Notes: generated by a model from the letters alone, not told the origin. 64,000 nucleotides of DNA from Octopus sinensis (GCF_006345805.1 NC_042999.1:101246001-101310000), one strand, 5' to 3'. Positions 39,492-52,159 are shown, numbered from the stretch's first letter. Numbers and translations are program-made.

Positions 39492-39642
39492 TTATTATTC
39501 TTAAAGAATATAATTGACAGTGACTTCAAAGTTTCAGCCAGTTGAGCCATCAAGAGACTGTTGATGACTTAACTGACAATAGCTTAATTGGCTGAAACTT
39601 CGAATTCACTATCAATAATATTCTTGTTTAAGAATAATGTAC
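39492..39642. repeat. Imperfect palindrome made of two inverted degenerate hammerhead-like units
   Basis: Arms ~39492-39550 and ~39579-39642. + unit CTGACAA-T-AGC..GCT-GAAACTTCGAATTC; - unit CTCTTGA-T-GGC..GCT-GAAACTTTGAAGTC. Confidence 0.7.
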
Positions 39643-41040
39643 ATCATCATCATCATTTAATGTCTATTGTTTATGCTGGCATGGGTTGGACAGTTTGACT
39701 GGGCTGGCATGCTGGAAGGCTGCACCAGACTTTTTAATGCCAACCACTCTGTGAGTGTATTGGGTGCTTTTATGTACCACTAGCACAGGTGCCATTTGTG
39801 TGACACTGGGGTATGCTTACATGCTACCAGCACATGTGCCAATTTACGTGACACCAGTATCTGCCATAACTGCAATTTTGCTCGGCTTGACAAGTCTTCT
39901 TCTCAAGCATGACATAATGCCAAAGGTCTTGGTATTTGCCTCCATGAGGCCCAACATTCAAAAGGAACTCAGCCACTTTGCCTCTGTCACATAAAGATGT
40001 GCCACCAGCATGGGTGCACTTGACTTGATAGGTCCTCTCAAGCACAACACATCACCAAAGGTCTCAGTCACTAGTCACTGCATCTGTGAGGCTCAAAGTT
40101 CGATGATCATGCTCCCCCACCTTGTCCCACATCTTCCTGGGTCTACCTCTACCATAGGTTCCTTCCACAATTAGAGATCAACGCTTCTTTACACAGTTGT
40201 CCTCATCCATATGCATTACATGACCATACCAGTGCAGTTGTCTCCCTTGCTCACCATATCTGATTCCCTGTATGCCTAACTTTTCTCTCAAGATGCTTAC
40301 ACCATGTCAAACATGCACACTGACATTGTACATCCAGTGAAGCATACTGGCTTCATTTCTCTCAAGCCTATGCATGTCCTCAGCTGTTATAGCCCATGTT
40401 TCACTGCCATGTAGCATAGCTGTTCGCACACAGGCACCAAACAATCTGCCTTTCACAGAGAGAGGCCCTTTGCTGCCAGCAGGAGTAGGAGCTCGCTGAA
40501 CTTTACCCAGTCTAATCTTATTCTCACAGCTATGCTCTTGGAGCATCTACCTCTACTACTAACTTGGTCATCTAGATAACGGAAACTATCTATTTCCTCT
40601 AGCTTGTCCCCTGGCAGTTGATGGAGTCTATTTTCTGCTCATTTTGGTGCTTATTGTACCTGTGCACCTTCCACATACAAAAGATTCCCTGTTAAGATTC
40701 CTCTGATGTTGCTGCACCTTTTATGTGTCCAAAGATTACACGGGGTGCATCTTATGGAGTTTCTACCTATACTTTTTCTACAGATTGAACAGAGCCATCT
40801 ACCTGAAAGCATCTGTGATTTGTCTGCCTTCCTACTGACTATGGCTTTGGTTTTTGCTAATTTAACTCTAAGGCCTTTTGATTCTAGATCTTGCTTCAAT
40901 ACCTGGAACTTCTTCTCTAGTTCAGCTATAAGAGCAAGGTCAGCTATAAAAGCTGGCCATCAAAGGAGCTCCCAGGAGCAGCCTGTCTTAAATTTCTCTG
41001 TTATTGCCTGGAGGACTATGATGAACAAGAGGGGGCTGAG
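39642..41040 (-). mobile_element. RTE-type LINE, 5'-truncated (RT C-terminal part, 3' UTR, (ATG)n tail)
   Basis: Minus-strand remnants PLLFIIVLQAITEKFKTGCSWELL, KQDLESKGLRVKLAKTK, DSFRYL, VKGRLFGACVRTAMLHGSETWA. (CAT)n on + at 39642. Confidence 0.9.
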
Positions 41041-41066
41041 CACCATATATATAAATATATATATAT

Positions 41067-41096
<30 letters not shown>

Positions 41097-41102
<6 letters not shown>

Positions 41103-41309
41103 TGCTGAAAAGTTTCTTACTTTGGGTAAAGGAAAATACAAGAAGACCAGTTAATTATGGTTTTATTCCACATATTCACCTCTCAGATTTGCACACATTG
41201 CAGCAGTCCTTCAGTTTTTCTCAGCCCTGTAAAAGAACTTGGAAGGTTGGGTCTTCAGCCAAACTTTTCGTGATACCCTTAAAGCTAGGAACTTTTCAGC
41301 ACCCCCTTG
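41097..41309. mobile_element. mariner-derived MITE (~213 bp)
   Basis: TIRs CGAGGGTGCTGAAAAGTTTC / GGAACTTTTCAGCACCCCCTTG, followed by TA at 41310-41311. The left flank is (CA)n. Confidence 0.8.
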
Positions 41310-42654
41310 TATAAGCTAAAGGGACTACTCAATCTTTCTCTCTCTCCCTCTCTCTTTCTTTCTTTCTTTCTGTAGACAAACAGCTGACAGAGACAGACAA
41401 ACAGGCAGATATGCAGACAGACAGACTGACAAATACAATAGACTGTCACATATTTTCTTTTTGTCAAATTTCCCTTGGAAGGTATTGGTCGACTCGGACT
41501 GTGGTAAAAGTTATTTATTAAAGATACCAAGCAGTGAGATCAATCACCTGGAGTCATGTGGTTGTAAACAAATTACCACCAAACCTATATATATTATATT
41601 TCTTTTGTTATAAAAAGCTCAATACCTTACATAACTAAATTCACACCAATCCAAGATAAAAATTAAATTCACATTTCCAAGTTCAATCAAATATGTACCA
41701 GTAATATACTAAAGTCAAATCAACTGCTATAACCAGTTCCTCCACTAAAAAATTTAACAAGTTGGTTTGAAGCATAATGAAAAAAATACACACACGTATG
41801 CATACATGCACACACACATGTGCACACACTCACACACATACACAAAAGGTTCCAGATCATGCACCTCAGTATAACTCATTATAAATACAATGCATCAGTT
41901 ATGCTTTGGCAATGGAAGAAATGCAATTATGTCTTATTGCAGACACCAGAAAATTCATTTTTAAAAACTTAACTGAATTGTCAACAGGGAAAATATGACA
42001 TAATAGCCACGAAGAAGTATAGTGGAAGTATGGCAATGCCCAACTCAAGAGAACAATTTAAATCAACTAAGGAAAATATAGTAACTAATAAATTAACCAA
42101 TAAAAACAATAAACAATTTAGAGATACTAGACCCAAATAATATAACAGACTCACAACCAAAATATTAGAATTACAAAATTTATCAACACCACATAGAACC
42201 ACCAGCAGGTCCAGATAACAGGTACAAATAACATAACAGATTAATGAAATTTAGTGACATCAGACAGAGCACTCTCAAATACACAAACACATTAAGTCAA
42301 TAGAGACAATCTCCCTCAAAATCAATACAGACATAAACAGAGTAATTTGACCAGACTGGATACAATAACAAAACTAACAGAGACAAAGTATCTAATGTAT
42401 TGGTCAAAAGAAAATACAAAAACCACCCTCAATGAATTAACCAATGAAAACAAAGAATGATCCAGAGAAACCAAATATTAAAATGAAATTGATTGATAGA
42501 AACAAAACAACCAACAAATTAGCTAATGAAAAGCAACATTAGGATAACAATCTAAATATTTAAAAACTAGCCAATGAAAATGATAGCCATACAGAAGAGT
42601 GAGCCTGCTTGTATATAAAATGGACTAAAAGTATATAAAAAAAAAAGAATAAAG

Positions 42655-42712
42655 CACTCACCTGAAAGATTGCAAATGCATGAAACTTGAGTCACAAGAA
42701 TAAGAATTAGGT
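42655..42712 (-). other. Candidate recursive splice site
   Basis: CTAAT...TTTGCAATCTTTCAG|GTGAGT at 42662/42661. Confidence 0.3.
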
Positions 42713-42749
42713 TTAAATATATTATATGTATGTGTATGTATAAATACAT

Positions 42750-42751
<2 letters not shown>

Positions 42752-42834
<83 letters not shown>

Positions 42835-42860
42835 TGTGTGTGTATCTATAAATGTGTGTG
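42752..42860. repeat. Long (GT)n microsatellite
   Basis: Direct reading. Other (GT)n tracts at 4190-4222 and 24780-24822. Confidence 0.97.
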
Positions 42861-42984
42861 TGTTTGTGTACATGTAGGATACTTAAATTCAGAAATCTCA
42901 GTTCACCTCGCTAAGAAGAATATGTACATGAATTCTGAATTCTTGGAATATCATACATAGCAGATAGTTCACTTTATAAGACAA

Positions 42985-45900
42985 CTAGCAGAGATACCCG
43001 GCATTGCCCAGTTACATTCAATAGAAGAATTAGACTTTTCTGTTATATATATATATGGATACACACACACACAAATATATGTATATTAATATAAATACAT
43101 GAAAGTACATGAAGTTTGTTAAAAAAAAAGGGGATCATGTATATACCTCCTGGCTGTTGAGATTATAACACCTTGTTGTAAATAATGTTCCTTGTTTTTC
43201 CTTGTGGAGCATATACAAAAAGGTTTCTTTTGGTTCCTACTCTTGAGCAGCCAACATACAGAGAAGCAGGGCTCTTCCAAGAGAAGACCTGCTACAGAGA
43301 GGGTTTGACCCTGAGATTTGTTAATGGACATGGCAAAGCTGACACGAAGGGGGAATTGCAGTCTTCTGAATGTAAATGGAATTTCTGCTCCTGATGGAGT
43401 TAGAGGAAATCTTGGAATAAAGACGTCATCACCTTTTCCACATCTAGAAAGAATGATCGCCTCGATAACGTGTGATATCATTTTCTTTATCACCAGTCGT
43501 GTTCCATTGCAAAGTCTTGGTTCCAGATTGCAGAGTAGCATTACAGGAGTTCCAACTTTAAGTGGTAATATGTGTGGAGATAGTCGAGGAGGCTCCAGTA
43601 AATTGAGAAATTCAGGAGGATAGTTCACAACTTCATTTATATCCGGAATTGTATCAACAGACTTGTAAGTGTGTATAGTGCCGGGAAGAGAATGCATTAG
43701 CTGTTGATTAATTTTGTTAACAGCGACGTTTTTTGGAGCTAATATTGCTCTTTCACACAGCCAATTGTGATTTTGGTAGTTTTGTGTGAAGTTGGGAAAG
43801 ACTTTGTTTTTGAGGTCATCTACAGAATTAACAACAGAGGAAAATGACCACACTTCCATTTGTCCTGCAGCATCGAGAGGCATCTTGCCTTCACCAAGTG
43901 TCAAAATGTCCTGTGCAAACTTTGTGGACATTTTGTCGCCATGTAGCTGAGCTCTCATGTTAGTGGTGAGTCTAAAGATTGTAACATGATGCCACAGGGT
44001 AGAGGACTTTAGGCATGCTTGAACTTCATTAGCTCTAGTGCCTTTCGAAATGACAGGAAGAGTTTGCTCGAAATCACCTAACAACAGAAGCGTTACACCT
44101 CCCATTGGAGCCTGACATCTCGGATGTCTTTCAGGGCTCTTTCTAATGCTTCCAAAGCTCCCTTGTGAGCCATAGTGCACTCATCCCAGACAATTACATA
44201 ACACATTTTAAGTACTTGTCCCTGATCTGAGCTTTTGTTGATGTTGCATGAAGGCATTTCGGATGCTGCTAAATTGAGAGGGGGTTTAAAAGTTGAGTGT
44301 GCTGTCCTGCCACTGGGTAACAAAGTAGCTGCAATGCCAGAGGAGGCTACAGCTACTGCAATGTCCTGATGCTACCTAACTTCTGCAAGGAGAAGCTTTG
44401 TAATAAATGTTTTTCCTGTCCCTCCAGGCTAATCGAGGAAGAAGATTTGTCCCTCGCGTTGGCGTACACTGTTAAGAATAGTTCTGTAGGCCTGCAGCTG
44501 GTCCGGAAGTAATTTAGGCTCATTTTCAACAATGTACTTTGAAAGCACTTGAGTGTTGTAGGTTGTTTCACGAATGACAGCAGTGGGAAGGCTATTTGAC
44601 CCTGACCTGAATGCTTGTGGCAGGCCATACGTCGACAATTCATTTCCACCCAGTTTAGCAATTCTATCTTCAACGTCAATGAATGTTTTGTTATAGATTT
44701 CATTGCTGATACCCTCCATGTCAGGATAGAGCAGTTGAGCTTGGCACTGAAGGGGACAATATTTTTGAGATTCCGGTTCGAATGTAAGGCAGGTTTGAAA
44801 GTGTTCCCAACAGTTATTAGTTGTAGTGGTAGAGTGTTTCTGCCGAATATGTATGTATGCATGTATATATATGTATGTATGTATGCCTGTATATATGTAC
44901 CAAATCCACTGAGAAGGCTTTTGTTGGTCTGAAGCTACAGCAGAAGACACATGCCAAGTCACCACACAGTGGAACTGAACCCAGGACCATGTGTTTGGAA
45001 CGTAGTTTGTTACCACACAGCTACACCTGCCCCTATGTGTGTGTGTGCGCGTATGTGTGTATGGGTAGATATATTATGCAAGTATATATGTGTACATATT
45101 ACATGTACATCTATATATATATATATACATCTACACATAAAATACAAAATACAAAGTTATATCTTGATATCACTAGTGATAACAATACTCAAAATATATA
45201 ACAGATTGAAATTGTAGGCCCATCTCTTGCAATTTCGATCAATTGGATCTTGCCCTCCCTCTTGTATAGAAGTGTACAGCTGCAGCGAAATTCATTTTTG
45301 GACTTTCTTCTATCGAAGGCATTTTAACAAAAATGCTTCCGTAAAGACGGTGAAAATATTGTCAATTTCCCCAAACAGGGACACAATTCAATTTTTAAAC
45401 AATAACCAAAGCCCCTTCTCCGAAAGGGGGAGGGTTACAGTTTACAATTATTTAACAAATGCAACACAACAACGTTTCCCTGACGAGGAACCAACAAACG
45501 TGATTACAATAGTCAAACAGTAATAATAATAACAACAAACCTTTTTAATTTATCCCCATTTATGTGAAACCACTTATTCAAGTTCAAGTCATTGACGCAA
45601 TTTTATACGAATTGCTAATACACACACACACACACACACACAATAAGAATGAAAAATTGAATATTAATTTGATTAATATGAATTGAAAACCAGTGGTGTA
45701 GCATATAAGACCATAGCGGATCTTCCTCTAGCAAAAAGGATGACCACTATTAATGGCTCATCCCTGTTATATAATACTTTCACTTTAATAGTTTCACACT
45801 TGCAAAGAGAAAGTAGGAGAAAGTGTGGTGGTAATAACAGGAGTAAACCACTTGAAATGAGAGAGGCAAATTGTAAAATATTGAGTTTTCTCGAATTTTT

Positions 45901-46066
45901 GCTTAATTGGGGGTCAAATTGAAAAAAACTTTATATGCCATGACCCAATCGAATCTACTTCGAAAAATCATAGGTAAATTCCAATTGAAGAAATTCTATA
46001 TTGTAGAATTGTATTAAAAAGGAACATGGGAACATTCAGAGAAAATCTGCCTTTTATCATAAGAGA
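42985..46066 (-). mobile_element. Helitron, both termini intact, Rep (HUH) domain missing, Pif1 helicase remnant retained
   Basis: Minus strand reads A|TCTCTTATGATAAAAGGCAG (46066) ... TGGGCAATGCCGGGTATCTCTGCTAG|T (42985): AT target, no TSD, subterminal GC hairpin remnant. Confidence 0.88.
43119..44850 (-). pseudogene. Helitron Pif1-family 5'-3' helicase, disrupted
   Basis: FFLD*PGGTGKT (Walker A), VASSGIAATLLPSGRTAHSTFK, IVWDECTMAHK (Walker B), GDFEQTLPVI, RLCNGTRL, QFPLRVSFAMSINKSQGQTL across ORFs 44429-45016, 44093-44323 and 43119-44180. A few stops and frameshifts. Confidence 0.95.
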
Positions 46067-46560
46067 TACTCATCCAATTGCAACTACAATATCAGAAGCT
46101 ATATATCTTCACAAGTATCTCTTGCAAGAGAAATCATATATACATTCTAGGTATCCTTTGTTTAGTTGAATATATCTAGGTAGTAAAACTGCTTAAGATA
46201 GCCAAGGAGGTGTATTTACAAACTTGCTGTAATTTGCAGCCAAATCTCTCCCAAATCCTAACCTAAGAGTTACAAATACACTATGTCAAAAAGAAAAAAA
46301 AGTAAACAGAATTGTTGTGGCTGGAAAGTATTTCATTATAGGTTTGTTCAATCAGGGATGGCCCGGGGTTAAATAACAACAATGGGGAACATATAATTGA
46401 AACAGAACAGAAAATCTTTATCAACACAGATTTCATTTCCAAAGAAATTTAACAAACAAGCAGCATCTGTTGTTTTTAGATAATTGATTCATACTAAGAA
46501 TAGATTTTGAATACAGTATTTAAAATATAGTATCCATAAATGTATACATTCATATATATA

Positions 46561-46596
<36 letters not shown>

Positions 46597-46600
<4 letters not shown>

Positions 46601-46668
46601 ACATATATACAAATATACATTTATATACATAATCACATATCTGTATACATACACACATACAACAAATG

Positions 46669-46702
<34 letters not shown>

Positions 46703-46780
46703 AACACATATATACAAATATACATTTATATACATAATCACATATCTGTATACATACACACATACAACAAATGCACACAC

Positions 46781-46782
<2 letters not shown>
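46597..46782. repeat. Direct tandem duplication with 105-bp period
   Basis: AAACACATATATACAAATATACATTTATATACATAATCACATATCTGTATACATACACACATACAACAAATGCACAC repeated at 46597 and 46702, separated by (TA)n. Confidence 0.95.
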
Positions 46783-46813
<31 letters not shown>

Positions 46814-46823
46814 ATATATATAT

Positions 46824-47446
46824 CATCATCATCATCATCATTGTTTAACGTCCGTTCTCCATGCTAGCATGGGTTGGACGGTTCGACCGGGGATCTGGGA
46901 AGCCAGAAGGCTGCACCAGGCTCCGGTCTTATCTGGCAACATTTCTACAGCTGGATGCCCTTCCTAACGCCAACCACTCCGTGAGTGTAGTGGGTGCTTT
47001 TTACGTGCCACCGACACGGAAGCCAGTCTAGGCGGCGCTGGCATCGGCCACAATTCGGATAGTGCTTTTTATGTACCTCCAGTCCCAGGGCCCTGGCATC
47101 TGCCGGGTGCTAGTCATAGGATTGGTTCAATTTCGATTCCGATTTCGATTTCACTTGCCCCAACAGGTCTTCGCAAGCAAGGGGGGTTGCCAAAGGTGCC
47201 TATCATCGGATGAGGTTCGATGTCGACTTCACTTGCCTCAACAGGTCTTTGTGTGTCCAAGGGGGGAAAGGCATGCATAAGTGGGCTGGACTCACTTGTC
47301 CTGCCTGGTCTTCTCACGCACAGCATATTTCCAAAGGTCTCGGTCGCTGGTCATTTCCTCAGTGAGACCCAAGGTTTGAAGATCATGCTTCACCACCTCG
47401 TCCCAGGTTTTCCTGGGTCTACCTCTTCCACAGCTTCCTTCAACTG

Positions 47447-47447
<1 letters not shown>
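46824..47447 (-). mobile_element. Young RTE-type LINE 3' fragment inserted in (TA)n
   Basis: Open C-terminus VEGSCGRGRPRKTWDEVVKHDLQTLGLTEEMTSDRDLWKYAVREKTRQDK*, CpG-rich 3' UTR, (CAT)n tail on +, and (TA)n on both sides. Confidence 0.92.
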
Positions 47448-47487
<40 letters not shown>

Positions 47488-47600
47488 TGAGATGAAGTGG
47501 TGAGGACCAATCTTGGGTTGTTAGGGCTCATGGAGAAAATGACAATGGACTGAGATATGTGGCACTGTAATGTTCTAGAGAAGACCCGCTCACATCAGAA
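47488..47600 (+). mobile_element. Old RTE-type LINE fragment in opposite orientation
   Basis: Encodes DEVVRTNLGLLGLMEKMTMD*DMWHCNVLEKTRS, homologous to the adjacent minus-strand C-terminus. Confidence 0.7.
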
Positions 47601-49542
47601 CAGCTGAGTGGTAGAAGCATTGTGTCCCACCCAAACTGCATCTTTTCTCTTCCTCACATTTTTCTTCATACACTATGATTTTCTCCCACCTCCCATCCCT
47701 GCTCTGCTCACTGTATCGCAACTTTCCTCATCACTCTTTCTCACCAGTCACTGTAATCTCCACCCCCACTCCCTACTCGCACCTTCTTGGCAGTACCTGG
47801 CACATATATCATATCCCAGACTGAGAGCTAACCCTGGCAATTGCCACCATTTCTCTCTCTCTCTTCCTTACTCTACCATCCCATCTATGCTCTGTGAGTA
47901 TACCATTTTTTGTGAGTATACCGTGACACTTCATCATTATTTCTCTCCTGGTCTCTCTTGTATCTTGCTGTCTTCCACTCTTTTTCTCTCTCACTCTTTC
48001 TCGCTCTCACTCTTTCTCTCCCTCTCTTTTTCTCCCTCTCTTGGCTGAGTAACTATATACAGAGCTTATATTATTAGACTTTGCACATGTATTGAGTCCT
48101 TTATTTAATCAAATTTTGTTGTTTTGCACACATAAAGACTAACTTTTATGTGCATGCATGTGTGCATGCACATGCACGCACACACACATACATATAACAA
48201 GCCCTTCATATATTTTAACATGCACATACACATATAATGATTGCTTCATCTTGTCAGATGACAGACATTTCACTATTCATAAAATTAGATGATGAGACAA
48301 CTATACATCAATGGATTAGAGTGATATATGTTGTGTTGGATTATAGTGACATCTATGACACCTGTCACTCTCTAAATCTCCATCATGAAATATCCAGTGA
48401 CAAGCAAGAGCAAGATTACCAGAAACATTTTCAAAAACACATTTTTCACAGAGAACCTTTCTCCCAGACTTTTCCAATAAAAGTACAAAAGTCAGTAGGA
48501 GTTTGATTTTTTCTTTTAGTCTTCTTTCTCCAAGTGGTTTTATTATGTACCTAACCACAAAACTGGGTATTTTTATACCCCAATGCAATATATATGTATA
48601 GGTAGATATAGTAAGGTTTTCTTGTAAGTCTTCCATCTCATAGAGAATCTGTGAGCCAAAACTAAAGAACTACTATCTGCCCATGAGTTGAGTTAATCCA
48701 CATCAGACACCAACCTAGCATTTATTCCTAGAAAAACATATAGAAACAATTCTCTAGATTGAACTATCTATAATACTCATTATTTTCTTCTTTAACATTT
48801 CTAAATCACACTTGTTTACAAATGAGAAGCTGCTTTGTGTATTTTTATCTCTTTATAACAATTAATGCTGTTTTTTAATTTCTTTTTCTACGTTTTTCTT
48901 TTTCTTTTTGTGGACGTTTTAAAAATATACTTTTATTTTCTTAACTTAGATAAAGAATTGTAATAACATGTATGAAGTCTTCAAATAGCTCCTATTTAAA
49001 CTCTTTCAGTTCCATTACTATTTGCATGGGAATTATTCAGTGAGTTTGAAGTATTTCATTTCAATTGTGTAAAGAAACAAAGCACCGGTTCATTATAAAA
49101 TAATATACTTCACATGGTGAGTGGATTGTGGGCAAAACACTTTTTCATTATTCTGTCATATCCCTTTATGTCTCAAGTTCAAATCCCATCAAATTTTATA
49201 AATTCTGCCTTTCATCCTTCCAAGGTTGACTGACGAATTATGAATTGATAAAATAAGTGTTAAAGGGATGTGATTGACAATACCCTAGAAGGCAGCACCC
49301 CATCATAGATACAGTTCAATGAGTGAAACTATGAAAGAGTATAAAGAATATAATCAGTTAGCTCACACTTTGCATAATGCATGCAATGCATTGTGAGAAA
49401 CTTGCATATTTTTGTATTATTGATCAACTGTGCCTTTCGTCCTTTTAAGGGGCAATAAAATAAGTTTCATTTGAGCAATGGGGTTGACGTAACAGACTTG
49501 CCTCTCCCACTGAAATTGGTGGCCTTGTACCAAAATTTCTAA

Positions 49543-49927
49543 TCTCTCTCTATATAAACGGCAGTTTGTCTGTACGTGTTTCTGTGTGTCTGTTTGCTTG
49601 TACCCTCACCCTGACCACGGCTTTCAACCGATTCTCATGAAACTTGACACACACATAGCCCAATGTCATAATTCAAAACTAACGCAGCGAAAATTTTGAA
49701 AAGTTCCCCCAGTTCTGAAAAAAATCGATAAATTCGACATGGGGTCGAGAATCAGGAACACAAACCACAGACTGTCTAGGGGACGCAACTCCACCTTTTT
49801 TAACTATCAAAAAAAAATTTACCATCATTTTTTTCCATTTTTTTGCTGTTTTTTGGCTATAACTCTCTAAAAATGCTTTATAGTTATTTCCCTTACAAAC
49901 ATGAGCAACGCCGGGCGATACTGCTAG
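49543..49927 (+). mobile_element. Non-autonomous Helitron (385 bp)
   Basis: A|TCTCTCTCTATATAAACGGCAG ... GAGCAACGCCGGGCGATACTGCTAG|T. Termini resemble those of the 42985-46066 element. Confidence 0.88.
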
Positions 49928-49947
49928 TCATAATTATAATTATTAAG

Positions 49948-49986
<39 letters not shown>

Positions 49987-49988
<2 letters not shown>

Positions 49989-50300
49989 TTTAATGTCCAT
50001 GTTCCATGCTGGCATAGGGCTGGATGGTTTGACTAGAGCAAGCAAGCTGCACCAGGCTCCGATCTTATTTGGCATGGGTTCTATGGCTAGATGCCCTTCC
50101 TAATGCCAACCACTTTACAGAGTGTGTTAGCTGCTTTCATATGGCACCACATGAGTACTCTTGCATGGCACCGGCATGAGTGTTTAAGTGGCACTAATAC
50201 AGGACTCTTGCAGGCCAATCCTCTTCACCAGGGTGAGTGACCTTAATACTTCTGTTGTGGAATATGGATCTTCTTGAGTACACCAGAGCATCAGGTATCT
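49987..50300 (-). mobile_element. RTE-LINE 3' UTR/tail-derived repeat
   Basis: CATTTAATGTCCATGTTCCATGCTGGCAT...GCTGCACCAGGCTCC...GATGCCCTTCCTAATGCCAACCAC, shared with 39655-39770 and 46835-46980. Confidence 0.75.
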
Positions 50301-52159
50301 CAGTCCTTTGCCAAATATTATTAGCATCTTCAATATTATTGATTCCTTCTCCTTGCTTTAATATTCCTGGTAGAGTTAGCTACATATTGATGTGATGCCA
50401 CATTTTAAACATAAAACCCACAACATACCTCATCTGTCTAAATATAACCTAATTGTTAAACTTCAAGGTTCCCAAACTTTGACCATAATAGCCAGAGACC
50501 CTTTCTCTTTATCTCTCTAAATCTATTTCTGCTACCCTCCACCCCTCCATCATTACTTTACATTCTCCACAAACAAAGCAGTAACAGATATCAATATGCT
50601 TCATTCACCTTCTGTCCCTAACAGCACAACTTTACTACCTAGACTCAGAACAACTCTTTCAGACACCTTCTCTTCTTCTTTAATCAGTCAACATGTGGTT
50701 ATCCACTATTTATGCTGTTCTGGTTCCATCACATATTCAGTCGGGCCTTAGAAGAAATACAAGAATGTATTGAAACAATTGTATAATTGTAAAGAATTAC
50801 CTAGTTAATAAAAGAAATATTAACTCTGCATCCATACTGCATTGAGTACTTTTTGGAGGTATGGGCTAATTGATCCTAACTGCAAGATTGCAGGTAGAAG
50901 AAATGGAAGGCCTATTTCCAGTTGAGGCAGGAAATAGAGAATCCTTTGCCCAATTAGAAAGGAGAACACTTACACCCACTAAAATAAGAGGAGAGAAAAT
51001 AAAGCAGGAGAAAGAGCTTCTTCATGGTTATGGATCAAGACAGAAAAGTATAGCTGAAAGCTGCAAGGAGCTTTTGAACACTAATTTGGCTACCACTGCT
51101 GACCTACTAGGGGGAAAGTATGTATGTGTATGTGTTTAAGTGTGTGCGTACATGAGCATGCATGTCTGTGTGTGTATGTACGTGTGCGTGTATGTATATA
51201 CATTTATATGCATATATGTCAACATTTATGTATATGTATTTATATGTGTGAGTGCGTGTGTGTGTGTATATATATATATATTTTTATCCATAGATATATA
51301 TGTGCATATATCCATATACATATATGTGAGTATATACATATATGTATATATTTATGTGTGTGCATGTATATACATATTTATATGTGTGTGCATGTATATA
51401 TATAAATAAATAAATATATATACACACACACACACATACACATACACATATGTATGTATATGCATAATACACAAACAGGCATATATATCCATATATGCAC
51501 CAAATCTATATTTAAAAAAGTAAAGAAAAAGTAAAAAATGTATTGGAAAGAAAAAATACTTTTAAAAAGATCTTGTTTTCCTTGGAATAGCTTAAATAAG
51601 GCCCAGAATAAATATATAGAATCAATTCTCTAGTTGAAACTGTTTTGAACAGTTTGTTATTGCTTTGCTTAACATATCTAAATCATACTTGCTTTGCAAA
51701 TATGATACTGTTTTGTTTATTTTTATCACCTTTATAATAATTAGCAGTGTTTTTCTATTTCTATATATGTCTGAAATTTTGTAGATAATTTTTCTTTTTC
51801 TTTTGTGAATAGTTTTCAATATTCCCACCCCACCTTTTTTATTTGGATAAATAATTGAAATAACTTATCTGAAAGCTACAAATATATTCCATTTAAACCC
51901 TTTACAGTTCCATTATTGTTTGCATAGAAGCTACTCAATGAGTTCTCTAACATTTCATTTCAGTTATGTGAAGAAATGTAGCGTGTATTTATTATGCTTA
52001 AATTAAAGACTTCATATGGCAAATGGAATGTATGACTAGGTAGTATATTGGGAAATATTCGTTTTCAGTGTTTGTTTACATTCATTTATGTTCCCAGTTC
52101 AAATCCCAACCATGTCAACTTCGCCTTTCATCTTTCTGAAGTTAATTAAATAAATGAAT

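Noticed and set aside
40706-41314. 202-aa plus-strand ORF
   Set aside because: Antisense to the LINE RT, then runs through microsatellite and a MITE.
41930-42590. A-rich region resembling a degraded R4/Dong N-terminus (also LINE-like scraps at 7030-7500, 9960-10300, 34550-35300, 50300-51110)
   Set aside because: Many stops and only impressionistic similarity; needs a Dfam or TBLASTN search.
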